From the NCBI GenBank assembly GCA_963761335.1, contig CAVXGR010000005.1:256001-320000 (forward strand): a stretch of 64,000 bases of DNA, in the 5' to 3' direction. The translations under genes and the position numbers were made by a program. The notes beneath the pieces were generated by a model that saw nothing but the letters and a program-made list of their open reading frames with translations, was not told the origin of the DNA and made no database searches. This document shows positions 49,462 to 59,874 of this stretch, one piece after another (the first letter of the stretch is position 1; the number at the start of each line of letters is the position of its first letter). Origin of the DNA: an uncultured delta proteobacterium. Its GTDB lineage: Bacteria > Desulfobacterota > Binatia > HRBIN30 > BPIQ01.

Positions 49462-50610
49462 ATGACCGAGGGACGCCGGAGCGCGGAGGACTTTCTCGAG
49501 CTCGTCGAGCGCAGCAAGCGCGGTCGCCTGAAGATCTACATCGGCTTCGCGGCGGGGGTCGGGAAAACCTATCGGATGCTCGAAGAGGCCCACGCGCTCA
49601 AGAAGCGCGGCGTCGACGTCGTGCTCGGTCTGATTGAGACGCACGGGCGCGCCGAGACCGCCGCGCTCATGGAAGGACTGGAGTACGTTCCCCGAAGAAC
49701 CATCGAATATCGGGGCCTAGCGGTCGAGGAAATGGACCTCGACGCCGTCATTGCGCGTGCCCCACAGGTGGCAATCGTCGATGAGATCGCCCACACGAAT
49801 GCCCCGGGTCTTCCCAACCGCAAACGCTATCAAGACGTCTTGGACATTCTCGCCGCCGGCATCAACGCGATCTGCGCCTTCAACGTGCAGCATTTGGAAA
49901 GCCTCAAGGATGTGGTCGAGCGCGCCACCGGGGTCAGGATTCGCGAGACGGTGCCGGACAGCTTTCTCAAGCAAGCCGATCAGGTGGTCAACATGGATCT
50001 GGCTGCCGAGGACCTCCTCGAGCGCCTGCGCGCCGGCAAGATCTACGACAAGGAGAAGATCGAGTGGGCACTCACTCATTTCTTCAAAGAGGAGAACCTG
50101 TCGGCGCTTCGCGAGCTCGCCTTGCGCGAGGTGGCAGAGAGCCTCGATCGCACGCGGCCGGAGCCGGAGGCCGCCAGCAGCGAACGCCCCGCCACCAGCG
50201 GACGACTCATGGTGTGCATCTCGTCGTTCTCGCCCCGTGCCGCGACGCTGCTCCGCCGCGGGTCGCGCATGGCTGGACGGCTGAACACGGATTGGATCGT
50301 GGCCTACGTGGAGACCCCCGCCGAAGCCCCCCACCGAATCGACGCCGAGGCGCAGCGCCATCTTCTCGCCAACATCGACCAGGCTCGTGAGCTCGGTGCG
50401 GTGGTGGCACGGCTGCAGAGCAAGGACCCCGTGCGGGCTCTCGTCCAATATGCGCGCACGCACGGCGTTCGCCACCTGATGATCGGCCGCACTCACCGCC
50501 CGTGGTGGCAACAGCTCTTCGGGCGCTCGTTCGTGGCGCGGATGGTGAAGGCGGCAACCGACTTCGACCTGCACATCGTCGCATTCGATGACGAAGGTGA
50601 ACGCCCATGA
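49462..50610 (+). CDS. kdpD: Stand-alone KdpD N-terminal domain + Usp domain protein (no kinase)
   Basis: RGRLKIYIGFAAGVGKTYRML, VDEIAHTN, NVQHLESL, LRELAL, C-terminal Usp domain. Confidence 0.9.
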   Translation: MTEGRRSAEDFLELVERSKRGRLKIYIGFAAGVGKTYRMLEEAHALKKRGVDVVLGLIETHGRAETAALMEGLEYVPRRTIEYRGLAVEEMDLDAVIARAPQVAIVDEIAHTNAPGLPNRKRYQDVLDILAAGINAICAFNVQHLESLKDVVERATGVRIRETVPDSFLKQADQVVNMDLAAEDLLERLRAGKIYDKEKIEWALTHFFKEENLSALRELALREVAESLDRTRPEPEAASSERPATSGRLMVCISSFSPRAATLLRRGSRMAGRLNTDWIVAYVETPAEAPHRIDAEAQRHLLANIDQARELGAVVARLQSKDPVRALVQYARTHGVRHLMIGRTHRPWWQQLFGRSFVARMVKAATDFDLHIVAFDDEGERP

Positions 50611-52490
50611 GCCTTCGCGTGAAGCTGCTCCTCGCACAGGTGCCCCTGGCGGCGGCGCTTGCGTTCGTCGGCTTTGTGGCCGTTTCGAATGTCTCGTCGC
50701 TCGGCCGGCACTCCGAGGTCATCTTGAAGGAGAACTATCGCAGCGTCCTCGCCGCGCAGCGCATGCGAGAGGCGATCGAACGTCTGGAGGACATCGCGCT
50801 GCTGTCACTGGTTACAGGTGAGGCCCCACTGAGAACTTCAGCCGAGTCGCGTCGTTCTCAGTTTGAAGTCGAGTTGCGCGCCGCTGAGGGGAACGTCACG
50901 GAGAACGGCGAGGCCGAGGTCCTGCGAGAGCTCCGCCGGCGCTGGGAGCTGTACTGGGGGCAGTTCAATCGCTTCGCAGGCGACCCGGGGCCGGTGGAGA
51001 GAAGAACGTCGGCCCTCGGCGAGCTCGAGCCCTCTTCGGCGGCGGTGCGCACTCAGGTTCAGGCCCTGCTCGACATGAATCAGGACGCCATGGTCCGGAA
51101 GAGCGATCGAGCTCAGCGCGAGGCGAGAGGCGCGACTCAGCTCGTGGTCCTCGCGACCGCGGTGGCGCTTCTACTGGGAGCGCTCTTGTCCAGTCTCGCG
51201 ACCAATCGCCTCCTCCAACCGCTCGAGCTTCTGGCTCGCACGGTGAGGCGTCTGAGCGAGGGGGACTTTGAAACGCGTGTGGATGTGCCGGGTCAGGACG
51301 AGGTGGCGCAGCTGGCCAATGACGTCAATGCCATGGCGATGCGACTCAGCCAGTATCGGCGCAGCTCTCTCGGCGAGCTGCTGCTCGCGCAAGAAGCCTC
51401 ACAGGCGGCGATCGACAGCCTTCCGGACCCGGTCGTCGTCTTTGATTTGACCGGCGGCGTCGTGAACATGAACCGTGCCGCTGAAGGTCTTCTCGGGATC
51501 CGCGTGGGGAGCGGCGGCGCAAAGCCGCTGGAAGACGTGGCACCCGAGGCCCGGGAGGCTCTGGAAAAGGTACGCACGCACGTGCTGAGCGGAAAGGGAT
51601 CGTACGTCCCGCGCGGCTTCGAAGACGCCGTGTGCGTGAGTACCCAGCAAGGCGAGCGCTACCTGCTTCCCCATGGGTCGCCGGTCTACTCGGAGGAGAA
51701 GGCGGTCACGGGTGCCGCAATCATCCTGCAGGATGTCACGCGGCTGCGCCGTGTGGACGATCTGCGCAACAATCTCGTGTCGACCGTGGCGCACGAGTTT
51801 CGAACCCCGCTCACCTCGCTCCGCATGGCCCTCCACCTGAGCCTCGAACAGGTCGCCGGTCCGCTCAATGCCAAGCAGGCGGATCTGCTCTACACCGCTC
51901 GCGAGGAATGCGAACGGCTTCAGGCACTGGTCGATGAGGTCCTCGACCTGGCGCGTATTCAGGGTGGACGGATCGAGCTCCATCGTTCCCCATGCGCTCC
52001 TGCGGCGCTCATCGAGACGGCCATCCAGACCCAACGGAGCTTTGCTGAAGAGCACGAGCTCGTTCTTCAGAGCGAGGTGTTGCCGGGCATTCCGGAGGTG
52101 CTGGCGGACCGCCAGCGCATCCAGCTCGTCCTCTCCAATCTCGTCGCCAATGCGATCCGCTACACGCCGAGCGGTGGCCACATCACCGTCCGTGCCGAGC
52201 CCGCCGGCGACGAAGGTGGAATGGTTCGCTTCGAGGTCGCGGATACCGGCTCCGGAATCCCTCGCGAGTATCAGGCGAGTGTCTTCGAGAAATTCGTGCG
52301 CGTCCCCGGGGCACCGGGCGGCGTGGGATTGGGTCTCTCCATCGCCAAGGACGTGGTCGAAGCCCATGGCGGCCAGATCGGCTTGAAGGACACCCCGGGC
52401 GGCGGCTCGACGTTCTGGTTCACCGTACCGACCGGGCCGGCAGTGGAAGGCGAGACTCGCCCACTTCCCGCCGCACCGGCAGAAAACTGA
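50607..52490 (+). CDS. Sensor histidine kinase (periplasmic helical domain-HAMP-PAS-HisKA-HATPase; KinB-like)
   Basis: ENYRSV, HAMP DEVAQLA, AHEFRTPLT, NLVANAIRYT, GLGLSI. Confidence 0.92.
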   Translation: MSLRVKLLLAQVPLAAALAFVGFVAVSNVSSLGRHSEVILKENYRSVLAAQRMREAIERLEDIALLSLVTGEAPLRTSAESRRSQFEVELRAAEGNVTENGEAEVLRELRRRWELYWGQFNRFAGDPGPVERRTSALGELEPSSAAVRTQVQALLDMNQDAMVRKSDRAQREARGATQLVVLATAVALLLGALLSSLATNRLLQPLELLARTVRRLSEGDFETRVDVPGQDEVAQLANDVNAMAMRLSQYRRSSLGELLLAQEASQAAIDSLPDPVVVFDLTGGVVNMNRAAEGLLGIRVGSGGAKPLEDVAPEAREALEKVRTHVLSGKGSYVPRGFEDAVCVSTQQGERYLLPHGSPVYSEEKAVTGAAIILQDVTRLRRVDDLRNNLVSTVAHEFRTPLTSLRMALHLSLEQVAGPLNAKQADLLYTAREECERLQALVDEVLDLARIQGGRIELHRSPCAPAALIETAIQTQRSFAEEHELVLQSEVLPGIPEVLADRQRIQLVLSNLVANAIRYTPSGGHITVRAEPAGDEGGMVRFEVADTGSGIPREYQASVFEKFVRVPGAPGGVGLGLSIAKDVVEAHGGQIGLKDTPGGGSTFWFTVPTGPAVEGETRPLPAAPAEN

Positions 52491-52561
52491 GGCGTGGCTG
52501 GCCGGCATTGGACACATTCCCGTCGCAATGAAAGACTGCGGTCCAGAACGCAGAAGCGTGT

Positions 52562-54439
52562 ATGCACGAAGAGGAGCGCCGGCTCTCTGCCGAGGGCAAA
52601 CCCCGCCGTTCCCGTGCCGGGACGGATATGCCCGGGATGCTGGTGGCGCTGCTCCTGGTGGCTCTCTGCGGCGGCGCGGCAAAGCTGCTGCAGACGGGCC
52701 TCTCGCTCCAGGACCCCGCGCTGGTATTCCTTGCCGGCGTTCTGCTCACCGCTCTGACCAGAGGGCTGGCGCCGTCGATCCTCGCCGCCGTTCTCAGCGT
52801 TCTGGTCTACGATTTCTTCTTTGTCGACCCCCTGTACACCTTCAACGTGACGAAGGCTCCGGATCTTCTCTCGCTCTGCGTTTTCCTCGTCGTCGCCGTG
52901 CTGACCAGCAATCTGACGGCGCGGATCCGCGATCAGGCAGATGCGGCGCGCCAGCGCGAGCAACGCACTGCGGCACTCTACGCCTTCGGCCGAAAGCTCG
53001 CCGGCGCCGTGGGGATCGACGATCTGCTGCCGGTCGTCGTCCGCGACGTCGCCGATCAGTTTCAGGCGCAGGTGATCGCTCTACTGCCCGACGGCGGGCA
53101 GGTGATCGGGCGCGCCACGTACCCCGCAGGCGCGTCTCTGACGGAAGGCGAGCGCGCCGCAGCGACCTGGACGTGGCAGCACAACCGGACCGCGGGGCGC
53201 GACACCGACACCTTGGCGGACAGCAGCTGGCTGTTCGCGCCGCTGGCGACGGCACGCGGCGCCGTCGGCGTGCTGGCATTGCAGCCCACGGCTGCGGGGG
53301 CGCTGCTGCCCGCGGAGCAACGCCAGCTCCTCGAGGCCATGGCGGGACAGGCGGCAATCGCCATCGAGCGCACACGAGTTGACGTCGCCGTGGCCGAGAA
53401 GGCGAAGACCGAAGCCGTGATCGAGGCCATCGAGGACGGGCTGATCGTTCTCGATCCGGCAGGAGTGGTGGTCCACGCCAACGAGGTGGCCTGCGCCATC
53501 TTGCAGGTGGAGCGGGCCCGCGTCATCGGCGAGCGCTTCGAGGATCTGGCGAGCCGCCATCCGCACTACCTGCGGGTGCGCGCCGCTCTGCGCGATTACC
53601 TGGAGCACCCCGAGCGCGAGGGGGAGCGCGTCGAGATCACCCTCTTTCTTCGCGGGCGAGAGCACACCTACATCCTGCGACCGACGCCGTTTCGCGCTCG
53701 TGACGACTCTCCCGCAGGGTTGATTCTCGGGCTTCAGGATGTCACCTACCTGCGTGACCAGGAGGCCCGGCGCGAGCAGCTTCTCGCCACCTTTTCCCAC
53801 GAGCTGCGCACGCCGATCACCTCGCTGGGCATGGCGCTCGAGCTTCTCCAGCAGGGCAAGACGACCGCGGACGGCGACGGCGGCGACCTGGTCGAGGCAG
53901 CGCGCGAGGACGTCGAACGCCTGCGCGACGTGGCGCAGCAGCTGCTCGATCTCTCCCGGGCGCACGCCATGACCATCGCCCTGGAGCGCCGGCAGGTCGA
54001 CCTGCGACACGTGGTCGAGCGAGTTCTGCGGATCTTCTCCCTGCAGGCGCGGGAACGAGACGTCACTCTGAAGCCGGTTCTCGACGATCACGGCCTGCAG
54101 ATCATCGGGGACGAGACCAAGCTCACCTGGGCGATATCGAATCTGATCTCGAATGCCCTGCGCTACTCATCGGAGGGCGGCGAGATCGGCATCCAGGTGA
54201 CGGCGCGCAACGGCGAGGTGCAAATAGCGGTGAGCGACACCGGTCCGGGCATTCCGCCCGAGCAGCAGGAGCGCATCTTCGAGCGCTTCACCCAGGCGGT
54301 GGACGGCGGCGAGATCGGCTCGGCCGGCCTCGGTCTCGCCATCGTGCGCGACATCGTCCAGGCGCACGGCGGCCGCATCTACGTCGAGAGCCAGGTCGGG
54401 CGGGGAAGCCGCTTCGTGCTGGATATCCCGCGGAGCTGA
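52562..54439 (+). CDS. Histidine kinase with KdpD-type 4-TM (DUF4118)-GAF-PAS-HisKA-HATPase; start may be 52628
   Basis: YDFFFVDPLYTF 4-TM segment, GAF region, SHELRTPIT, GLGLAIV. Confidence 0.9.
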   Translation: MHEEERRLSAEGKPRRSRAGTDMPGMLVALLLVALCGGAAKLLQTGLSLQDPALVFLAGVLLTALTRGLAPSILAAVLSVLVYDFFFVDPLYTFNVTKAPDLLSLCVFLVVAVLTSNLTARIRDQADAARQREQRTAALYAFGRKLAGAVGIDDLLPVVVRDVADQFQAQVIALLPDGGQVIGRATYPAGASLTEGERAAATWTWQHNRTAGRDTDTLADSSWLFAPLATARGAVGVLALQPTAAGALLPAEQRQLLEAMAGQAAIAIERTRVDVAVAEKAKTEAVIEAIEDGLIVLDPAGVVVHANEVACAILQVERARVIGERFEDLASRHPHYLRVRAALRDYLEHPEREGERVEITLFLRGREHTYILRPTPFRARDDSPAGLILGLQDVTYLRDQEARREQLLATFSHELRTPITSLGMALELLQQGKTTADGDGGDLVEAAREDVERLRDVAQQLLDLSRAHAMTIALERRQVDLRHVVERVLRIFSLQARERDVTLKPVLDDHGLQIIGDETKLTWAISNLISNALRYSSEGGEIGIQVTARNGEVQIAVSDTGPGIPPEQQERIFERFTQAVDGGEIGSAGLGLAIVRDIVQAHGGRIYVESQVGRGSRFVLDIPRS

Positions 54440-54440
54440 C

Positions 54441-55769
54441 ATGGCCCACATTCTGGTCGTCGACGACGAGAAGCACATCCGCACGCACCTGGCCACGTAT
54501 TTTCGCGGCAGCGGGCACGAGGTGGAGACGGCGGCCGATGCGGCGGCGGCGCTCGCCGCGCTCGCGCACCGGGAGTTCGACGCGGTGCTGTCGGACGTGC
54601 GCATGGCGGGCATGGATGGCCTGGCGCTCCTTCGCGAGATTCGCCGCAGCCACCCGGGAGCGATCGTGGTCCTGATGACCGCCTATGCCACCGTCGGCCA
54701 GGCCGTCGAAGCGATGCGCGCCGGCGCCTACGACTACCTGGTGAAGCCCTTCACTCTGGAGGAGGCCGGGCTGCTGATCGAGCGCGTTCTCGAGGTGCGC
54801 CGCCTGCGGCAGGAGAACCGGCGGCTGCTCGACGCCGTCGCTCCATCGGCGCTTCTGGAATCGCGGAGCGCCGCCATGCAGCGGGTGCTGGCCACCGCTC
54901 GACAGGTGGCCACCTCCGACGTGACCGTGCTGCTCACCGGCGAGAGCGGCACGGGCAAGAACGTCCTGGCGGCCGCCATTCACCGCTGGAGCGGGCGCGC
55001 CGGGGGCCCCTTCGTCACCATCACCTGCACGACGCTCGCCGAGCACCTGCTGGAGAGCGAGCTCTTCGGGCACGTGAAGGGCGCCTTCACCGGAGCCTGG
55101 AAGGACAAGCCGGGACGGCTCGAGGCGGCGAACGGCGGCAGTGTGTTTCTCGACGAGGTGGGCGAGCTCTCGCCGGAGCTGCAGGCGAAGCTCCTGCGGC
55201 TGATCGAGGAGCACTGCTACGAGCGCGTCGGCGGCAGCGAGACGGTCGCCATCGACGCGCGCGTCATCGCGGCGACAAATCGCGATCTCGAAGCGGAGGT
55301 CTCCTCGGGGAGCTTCCGCAGCGATCTGTTCTTTCGCCTGAACGTCGTCGGCCTTCGCCTGCCGCCGCTGCGCGAGCGCATGGAGGACCTGCCGCAGCTC
55401 GCCGATCACATCCTCGACGTGCTCTGCGCCCGACATCGCCGCGCCCCGCTGCGCCTCAGCCCCGAGGTGTACGGCGTGCTCGCCGCCTACACTTGGCCGG
55501 GCAACGTGCGCGAGCTGGTGAACGCCCTCGAGCGCGCCGTGGTTCTGGCGCGCGGCGAGGAGCTGCGCGCCGAGGATCTCCCCGACCGCCTGCTGGCGCC
55601 AGCCTCCGCCTCGGCCCCTGCCAGTGGAGCGAAGCTCTCACTCGAAGAGCTCGAGCGGCGCCACATCGTGCAGGTCCTCGCCGATTCCGCGACCCTGGAG
55701 GAAGCCGCTGCCCGCCTCGGCGTCAATCCCACCACCCTGTGGCGCAAGCGCAAGCGCTACGGGCTCTGA
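54441..55769 (+). CDS. Sigma54-dependent response regulator (NtrC/AlgB-like), copy 2
   Basis: [36 protein letters not shown]. Confidence 0.93.
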   Translation: MAHILVVDDEKHIRTHLATYFRGSGHEVETAADAAAALAALAHREFDAVLSDVRMAGMDGLALLREIRRSHPGAIVVLMTAYATVGQAVEAMRAGAYDYLVKPFTLEEAGLLIERVLEVRRLRQENRRLLDAVAPSALLESRSAAMQRVLATARQVATSDVTVLLTGESGTGKNVLAAAIHRWSGRAGGPFVTITCTTLAEHLLESELFGHVKGAFTGAWKDKPGRLEAANGGSVFLDEVGELSPELQAKLLRLIEEHCYERVGGSETVAIDARVIAATNRDLEAEVSSGSFRSDLFFRLNVVGLRLPPLRERMEDLPQLADHILDVLCARHRRAPLRLSPEVYGVLAAYTWPGNVRELVNALERAVVLARGEELRAEDLPDRLLAPASASAPASGAKLSLEELERRHIVQVLADSATLEEAAARLGVNPTTLWRKRKRYGL

Positions 55770-55790
55770 GTCCGCCGGTCCGCGGACCGA

Positions 55791-55841
55791 AGTAGAAGCG
55801 GCGTCTCGCCGCTTCGGGAAGCGCCGGGACGGCGCTTCTAC
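55791..55841. repeat. 51-bp GTAG-type REP doublet
   Basis: AGTAGAAGCGGCGTCTCGCCGCTT-CGGG-AAGCGCCGGGACGGCGCTTCTAC. Confidence 0.85.
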
Positions 55842-55898
55842 CAGTGGAGCAAATTCCGCTTGAGCACCGCCGCGAAGCCGGGCATCATTATCCGGTCT

Positions 55899-56837
55899 AT
55901 GAGGCGAGTCATTGCGGTGCTGGGAGTGGTTGGTGGTTTGCTCGCCTTACATGGCGGGCCGGCGGCGGCGGACGAGAGCGGCTGGGCCTACCTGATCGAC
56001 AGGTTGGCTGCGGACGGTCTGTCGCGGGCCGCGGTCACGCGCGCTTTTGCCGACTGGCGCGTGCCGGCGTTCGATGGCCTGGAGTTCTCCCCGGACAAGC
56101 CGCGCGAGTCGCACCGGCTGTACCGCGGGTTCCTGCGTTCGAGCGGCGTGGCGGCGGCGCGTCGCTGTCGAATCGGCTACGCCGACGCCTTCGAACGCGC
56201 CGCCCGCGCCCACGGTGTTTCCGCGGACGTGCTCGCCTCCATTCTGTTCGTGGAGAGCGGCTGCGGCCGCAACAGCGGCTCGAGCGTGGTCCTCTATCGC
56301 CTGGCGCGGCTGGCGATGGCCAACGAGCCCGACAACGTCGAGCGCAACCTCGAGCGCTTGTCGCGCCGCGGCGAGCTGCGGCCGGAGACCGAGGCGCGGC
56401 TGCGGGCTCGGGCGCACTATCTCGAGAACACCTTCTACCCGGAGGTGCGCGCCATCTTCGAGGTGGCGCGCCGCATGGGGGTCGATCCGCTCGAGATCCG
56501 CGGATCGGGATCGGGAGCCTTCGGCTGGTCGCAGTTCCTGCCCACCAGCTATCTGCGCTACGGCGCCGACGGCGACGGCGACGGCCGTATCAGCCTCTAC
56601 GACGTCGACGACGCCGCGGCCTCGTGCGCGCGCTACCTGGCGGCGCACGGCTGGCGTCCGGGCATCTCCCTGGCGCAGCGCCGCGGCGCCATCTGGGAGT
56701 ACAACCACTCGCCCGCCTACATCGACACGGTGCTCCGCCTGGCGGCGCGCCTGGGCGGCGAGCCGCCCCCGCCGGTACACAAGAAGCCCGGCCGCCGGCG
56801 CCATGCGCCGCGGCCGCGTCACCATCACCGGCGCTGA
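55899..56837 (+). CDS. Lytic murein transglycosylase (MltB/SLT_2 family)
   Basis: Signal peptide, ILFVES catalytic Glu, GAFGWSQFLP, EF-hand DGDGDGRI, YNHS. Confidence 0.88.
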   Translation: MRRVIAVLGVVGGLLALHGGPAAADESGWAYLIDRLAADGLSRAAVTRAFADWRVPAFDGLEFSPDKPRESHRLYRGFLRSSGVAAARRCRIGYADAFERAARAHGVSADVLASILFVESGCGRNSGSSVVLYRLARLAMANEPDNVERNLERLSRRGELRPETEARLRARAHYLENTFYPEVRAIFEVARRMGVDPLEIRGSGSGAFGWSQFLPTSYLRYGADGDGDGRISLYDVDDAAASCARYLAAHGWRPGISLAQRRGAIWEYNHSPAYIDTVLRLAARLGGEPPPPVHKKPGRRRHAPRPRHHHRR

Positions 56838-58466
56838 TCAATCGCCGGCGGCGGCCGACGGCGGCCCGGCACCGATGGTGGCTCTCCCCGGAAAGAGGAA
56901 GAGAAGCGGCAGGGTCGCCAGAAAGGTCAGCCCGACGACCCAGGCGGCGTCGTTGTAGGCCATGAGGCCGGCCTGCTGATTGATGACGCCGTTGATCAGG
57001 GCGGTCGCCTTGAGCGGCGCCAGCGAGGCGGGGACGCCGCGGTGGACGAGCAGGTTGGCGAGGTGGCCCTGAGCGCTCGCGAAGGCGGCGCTGGAGGCGG
57101 TCACGCCGCTCACCAGCTGGGCGCGGTGCAGCTGCGAGCGTCGGTCGATGATGGTGGCGAGCAGGGCGTAGCCGATGTTGCCGCCGACGCGGCGCGACAG
57201 CGTGTACAGGCTCGAGGCCTCGGTGACGTGCTCGCGGGGAACGGTGCTCACCGAGACGGCGGTGAGGGTGACGAACATGAAGGGCATGCCCAGTCCCATG
57301 ACCACCAGAATGGGAAGCAGGTGCGAGAAATTGACGTCGGCGGAGAGGTGCGCCAGGTCGCGGAAAGAGGCGTAGATCAGCATGATGCCCACGGCGATCA
57401 GCAGGCGCGGATCGAAGCGATTGTACATCCAGCCGACCACCGGCATCATCAGGAACAGCGTCATGGCGCGCGGCAGCAGGACGATGCCGGCGTCGTAGGC
57501 GGGGTAGCCGAGCAGCGTCTGCAAGAGCGCCGGCAGGAGGAACGTCGATCCGTAGAGGGCGAGGCCGAAGAGGATGCCGATCGCCGAGCCGGCGCTGAGC
57601 GGCAGGTTGCGCAGCAGCCGCAGATTGAGCACCGGATCCGGTACGCGCCATTCCCACAGGAGCAGGGTGGCGAGGCTGGCCGCGGTGATCGCCGTGGCGG
57701 TGACGATCCAGGTGGACTCGAACCAGTTGAGCTCCTGGCCGCGCTCGAGGACAACCTGCATACCGGTCAGCCCCACGGTGAGAAGAGTGATCCCCAGCCA
57801 GTCGATGCTGCGCATGCCGCGGCGGAGATAGGGCGGATCGTGGAGGAAGATGCTCACCAGGGTGATGCCGATGATGCTGAAGGGGATGTTGATGTAGAAG
57901 ATCCACGGCCAGCCGTAGTGATCGGTCAGCCAGCCGCCGAGCACCGGGCCAATGGCCGGCGCCAGCACCACCCCCATGCCGTAGACGGACATCGCCATCC
58001 CCTGCTCCTCGGGGGGAAAGGTCTCGCGCAGGATGGCGAGGGAGACCGGAATCAGGGCGCCGCCGCCGATGCCCTGGATGGTGCGATAGACGAGGATCTG
58101 TGTGAAGCTCCGCGAGGTGCCGGCCAGCATCGAGCCGATGGTGAAGATGACGAACGAGGTGATGTAGAGCCGCTTGCGGCCGATGAGCGTGCTCCACCAG
58201 CCCGCCATGGTGGCCATGATGATCTCGGCGATGCTGTAGCTGGTCGCCACCCAGGTGATCTCCGAGAGCGTCTGGCCGAAGCTACCCATCATGTGCGGCA
58301 GAGCGACGTTCACCACGCTCACGTCCATCACCGACATCAGGGCCCCGAAGACCACCGATGCAGCAATGATCCAGCGGCTGGTGGCGTATGCCGGCGCCGC
58401 TCCCGGGGCGCCGCGAGAGCCCGCCGCGGAAGCGTTTTCGCCCGTATCGGCCGCGTCGGAGGACAT
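56838..58466 (-). CDS. DHA2-family MFS efflux permease (EmrB-like)
   Basis: DVSVVNVALP, QGIGGGAL, GPVLGGWL, WIFYINIP; 14-TM pattern. Confidence 0.92.
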   Translation of the reverse strand: MSSDAADTGENASAAGSRGAPGAAPAYATSRWIIAASVVFGALMSVMDVSVVNVALPHMMGSFGQTLSEITWVATSYSIAEIIMATMAGWWSTLIGRKRLYITSFVIFTIGSMLAGTSRSFTQILVYRTIQGIGGGALIPVSLAILRETFPPEEQGMAMSVYGMGVVLAPAIGPVLGGWLTDHYGWPWIFYINIPFSIIGITLVSIFLHDPPYLRRGMRSIDWLGITLLTVGLTGMQVVLERGQELNWFESTWIVTATAITAASLATLLLWEWRVPDPVLNLRLLRNLPLSAGSAIGILFGLALYGSTFLLPALLQTLLGYPAYDAGIVLLPRAMTLFLMMPVVGWMYNRFDPRLLIAVGIMLIYASFRDLAHLSADVNFSHLLPILVVMGLGMPFMFVTLTAVSVSTVPREHVTEASSLYTLSRRVGGNIGYALLATIIDRRSQLHRAQLVSGVTASSAAFASAQGHLANLLVHRGVPASLAPLKATALINGVINQQAGLMAYNDAAWVVGLTFLATLPLLFLFPGRATIGAGPPSAAAGD

Positions 58467-58592
58467 CCTCAGACACAATCCGATAACCAGCGGCGAAGCA
58501 ATCGCGCCTGCCGAGTGCTGTCCTAAGTTCCCGGATGTCGGGTGTTGACAAGCGCGATCGCGTGATCATTCCGATGGCTGCGGTCGTGGGTG

Positions 58593-58710
58593 CCCTCTCC
58601 CGCATTGCCTGCGGGAGAGGGGCAGGGTGAGGGTGCCGAGCGGGCACATGGGTAACAGAAAGAAACCCCTCACCTTGATCCTCTCCCCGCGAAAAGAATG
58701 CGGGGAGAGG
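58593..58710. repeat. Inverted pair of CCCTCTCCC..GGGAGAGGG palindromic repeats
   Basis: ccctctcccgca..gcgggagaggggcagggtgaggg and cccctcaccttgatcctctccccgc..gcggggagagg. Confidence 0.8.
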
Positions 58711-58825
58711 AGACCCTTGCGCGAGGCGGGCGGGAGATAATTGCAGAGTCGGACTGCCAAACTAGGACAATGCCCGCCTGCCGAGCCCACTTGCATCGGC
58801 GCTCTCCCTCCGCAAAGTAGTGCAG

Positions 58826-59863
58826 ATGTCCCGCCGCCTGCTCGTCGCCGCCGCCGTTCTCGTGGTTCTCGGGGTGGCGGCCTGGGGCGGTCTGTGGTGG
58901 TGGAATCACCGCTACCTGGTCAGCACCGACAACGCCTACGTGCGCGCCAGTGTCGCCCTGATCACGCCGCGGGTGGCCGGCACGGTCACCGAGCTCGCCG
59001 TCGAGGAGAACCGGCCGGTGTCGCAGGGGGACCTCCTCGCCCGCCTCGATCCCACCGACTACGAGATGAAGGTGCACGAGGCCGAGGCGGCTCTCGATGA
59101 GGCCAGGCAGCAGCTGGAGACGGAGCGCTCGCAGGTGCGCGCCGCCGACAGCGCCGTGGTCCTGGCGCAGGCCGAGCTCGACCTGGCGGGGCGCGACTAC
59201 GCGCGCGTCGAGCAGCTGGCACGCCAGAAGGTGGCCTCTCCCGACGAGCTCGATCGGTCGAGCACGGCACTGCGCGTGGACCGTGCCCGTCTGGAGTCCG
59301 CCAAGCAGGACGCGGAGCGCGCCCGCGCCGCCCTGGGAATCGCCCTGGACGCGCCGGACACCGCCGCGCCGATCGTGCGCCGCGCCGCGGCCAACCGCGA
59401 CGAGGCGGCGCTCCTGCTCTCGTACACGCAGATCCGCGCTCCCTTCGACGGGGTGCTGGCCACCCGCGACGTGCAGCTCGGGCAGCACGTCGACATGGGT
59501 CAGGTGATGATGCGCATCGTCCCCCTGCGCCGCGCCTACGTCGAGGCGAACTTCAAGGAGACGCAGCTCGAGGGCGTGCGCATCGGCCAGCCGGCGACCA
59601 TCGATGCCGACATCTACCCGGGATTCGACTATCACGGCGTCGTCGACAGCCTCGCTCCCGGCACCGGCGCTGCCTTTTCCCTGCTGCCGCCGGAGAACGC
59701 CACCGGCAACTGGATCAAGGTCGTGCAGCGCGTCCCGGTGAAGATCCGCCTGACCGAGCCTCCCCCCGCCGATCATCCGCTGCGCGTCGGCCTGTCGGTG
59801 GTGGCCACCATCGACACCCGCGACCAGAGCGGGCAGTCGCTGGTTGCTGCGGCGCAGCGGTAG
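58826..59863 (+). CDS. HlyD/EmrA-family membrane fusion protein
   Basis: STDNAYV, ANFKETQL, FSLLPPENATGNWIKVVQRVPV. Confidence 0.93.
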   Translation: MSRRLLVAAAVLVVLGVAAWGGLWWWNHRYLVSTDNAYVRASVALITPRVAGTVTELAVEENRPVSQGDLLARLDPTDYEMKVHEAEAALDEARQQLETERSQVRAADSAVVLAQAELDLAGRDYARVEQLARQKVASPDELDRSSTALRVDRARLESAKQDAERARAALGIALDAPDTAAPIVRRAAANRDEAALLLSYTQIRAPFDGVLATRDVQLGQHVDMGQVMMRIVPLRRAYVEANFKETQLEGVRIGQPATIDADIYPGFDYHGVVDSLAPGTGAAFSLLPPENATGNWIKVVQRVPVKIRLTEPPPADHPLRVGLSVVATIDTRDQSGQSLVAAAQR

Positions 59864-59874
59864 GGCGAGAGGAG

